Assembly (NCBI GenBank): GCA_963708295.1
Contig: CAVPSJ010000004.1
Span: 896,001-960,000 of the forward strand
From: an uncultured delta proteobacterium
GTDB lineage: Bacteria; Desulfobacterota; BSN033; UBA1163
Reading direction: 5' to 3'
DNA: 64,000 bases
Part shown: positions 63,359 through 64,000 of the stretch, in pieces
Position numbering within the stretch: the first letter of the stretch is position 1
Layout of the letters: every line of letters begins with the position of its first letter
Position numbers and translations under genes: made by a program
Notes under the pieces: model-generated
What the model saw: only the letters and a program-made list of their open reading frames with translations
Told to the model about the DNA's origin: nothing
Databases searched by the model: none

Positions 63359-64000
63359 CTATTCCTTTTCCACAGGGAGTCCGACTTCTTTCAACGCATC
63401 CCTGAAGTGATCTTCGTATTCCGCGTAGGTATGGACCTTGACCGGATAATCCCAGGGGTTCACGTGTCTTTCCGAGCGGCTGGTATTCATCAGATTTCTT
63501 GTGGGGCTCAAGAAGATTCCGGGCATGTGCATCAGCTTGCTGAAAGGAAAATAGGCCACCAGGAAGCTCACAAAAAAGAGATGGATGTAGAAGAGCAGGG
63601 TGACTCCCTTCGGAAGCATGGGCTGGAGCCGCAGCATCGCCATCACCCATTCTTTGACCTGGACCAAATCCTGCTTGTAAAAAACCCGCATGAGGACGCC
63701 GCTGGCGGCGATTCCGCCTAAGAGGAGAAGGACGAAGTAGTCCGAAGGGATTGAAATGTAACGAATCTGGGGATAGACCACACGCCGAAAGAAAAGGTAT
63801 GCCAGGGCGATGAAGATCAGAAAGTCTGTGATATAGGGGACAGGGAAGAGGCGAAAAAAGCCCTGAAAAATGGAATCGACTCTGATCAGGACGACGATGC
63901 AGCCGGGCAGGGGCTCGAGAAAAAACCTCAAATGCCTCACCCCGATCACGAGAAGGGACCAGTGGAAAGCCATGGCTCCCAGCCAGAGAAGGGTGCTGGT
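63359..64000 (-). CDS. dsrM: DsrM, NarI-like cytochrome b (5' end beyond the window)
   Basis: FHWS, RHLRFF, IRYIS..DYF, HLF..L..YFPFSKLMH, SPTRN, HVNPW. Confidence 0.93.
   Translation of the reverse strand, partial: TSTLLWLGAMAFHWSLLVIGVRHLRFFLEPLPGCIVVLIRVDSIFQGFFRLFPVPYITDFLIFIALAYLFFRRVVYPQIRYISIPSDYFVLLLLGGIAASGVLMRVFYKQDLVQVKEWVMAMLRLQPMLPKGVTLLFYIHLFFVSFLVAYFPFSKLMHMPGIFLSPTRNLMNTSRSERHVNPWDYPVKVHTYAEYEDHFRDALKEVGLPVEKE

Noticed and set aside
63356-63650. N-terminal extension of DsrK, and similar extended starts for rplD, rpsC, rpsH, rpsK, rpsJ and rplF
   Set aside because: The extensions overlap upstream genes or hairpins; conserved N-termini indicate the later starts.

Overview
Bacterial chromosomal window, most likely from a Desulfobacterota/Deltaproteobacteria-type anaerobe (inferred from dsrMKJO(P) and general gene content). 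It has four parts. (1) 1-18.8 kb: an accessory aromatic-catabolism region. Its core is a minus-strand run of a TAT-signal amidohydrolase, IclR, a Liv-type ABC importer, two DHDPS-family lyases, a second binding protein and a Phy/PhlG-like + chalcone-isomerase-like + flavone-reductase-like triad. It converges on abfD-like and larA-like genes. Many genes here carry frameshifts. (2) 19-39 kb: mixed genes (marR-pal-cpoB, a VIT/vWA-exosortase K-creBC module with a 4x cre-tag-like promoter, pncB, MFS, Sir2, peptidase, csoR-dsrE-copZ) plus several decayed mobile remnants. (3) 39.2-58.8 kb: the intact str-S10-spc-alpha ribosomal protein supercluster on the minus strand. Many of its gene junctions hold long hairpins built from 6-9 nt repeat units, and its tuf gene has a strongly skewed G/T wobble composition. 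(4) 59-64 kb: dsrM(partial)-K-J-O followed by an ActC-like NrfD protein in the dsrP position. No rRNA, tRNA or CRISPR array was recognised. Family assignments come from motif recognition and from sequences recalled from memory, not from database searches.
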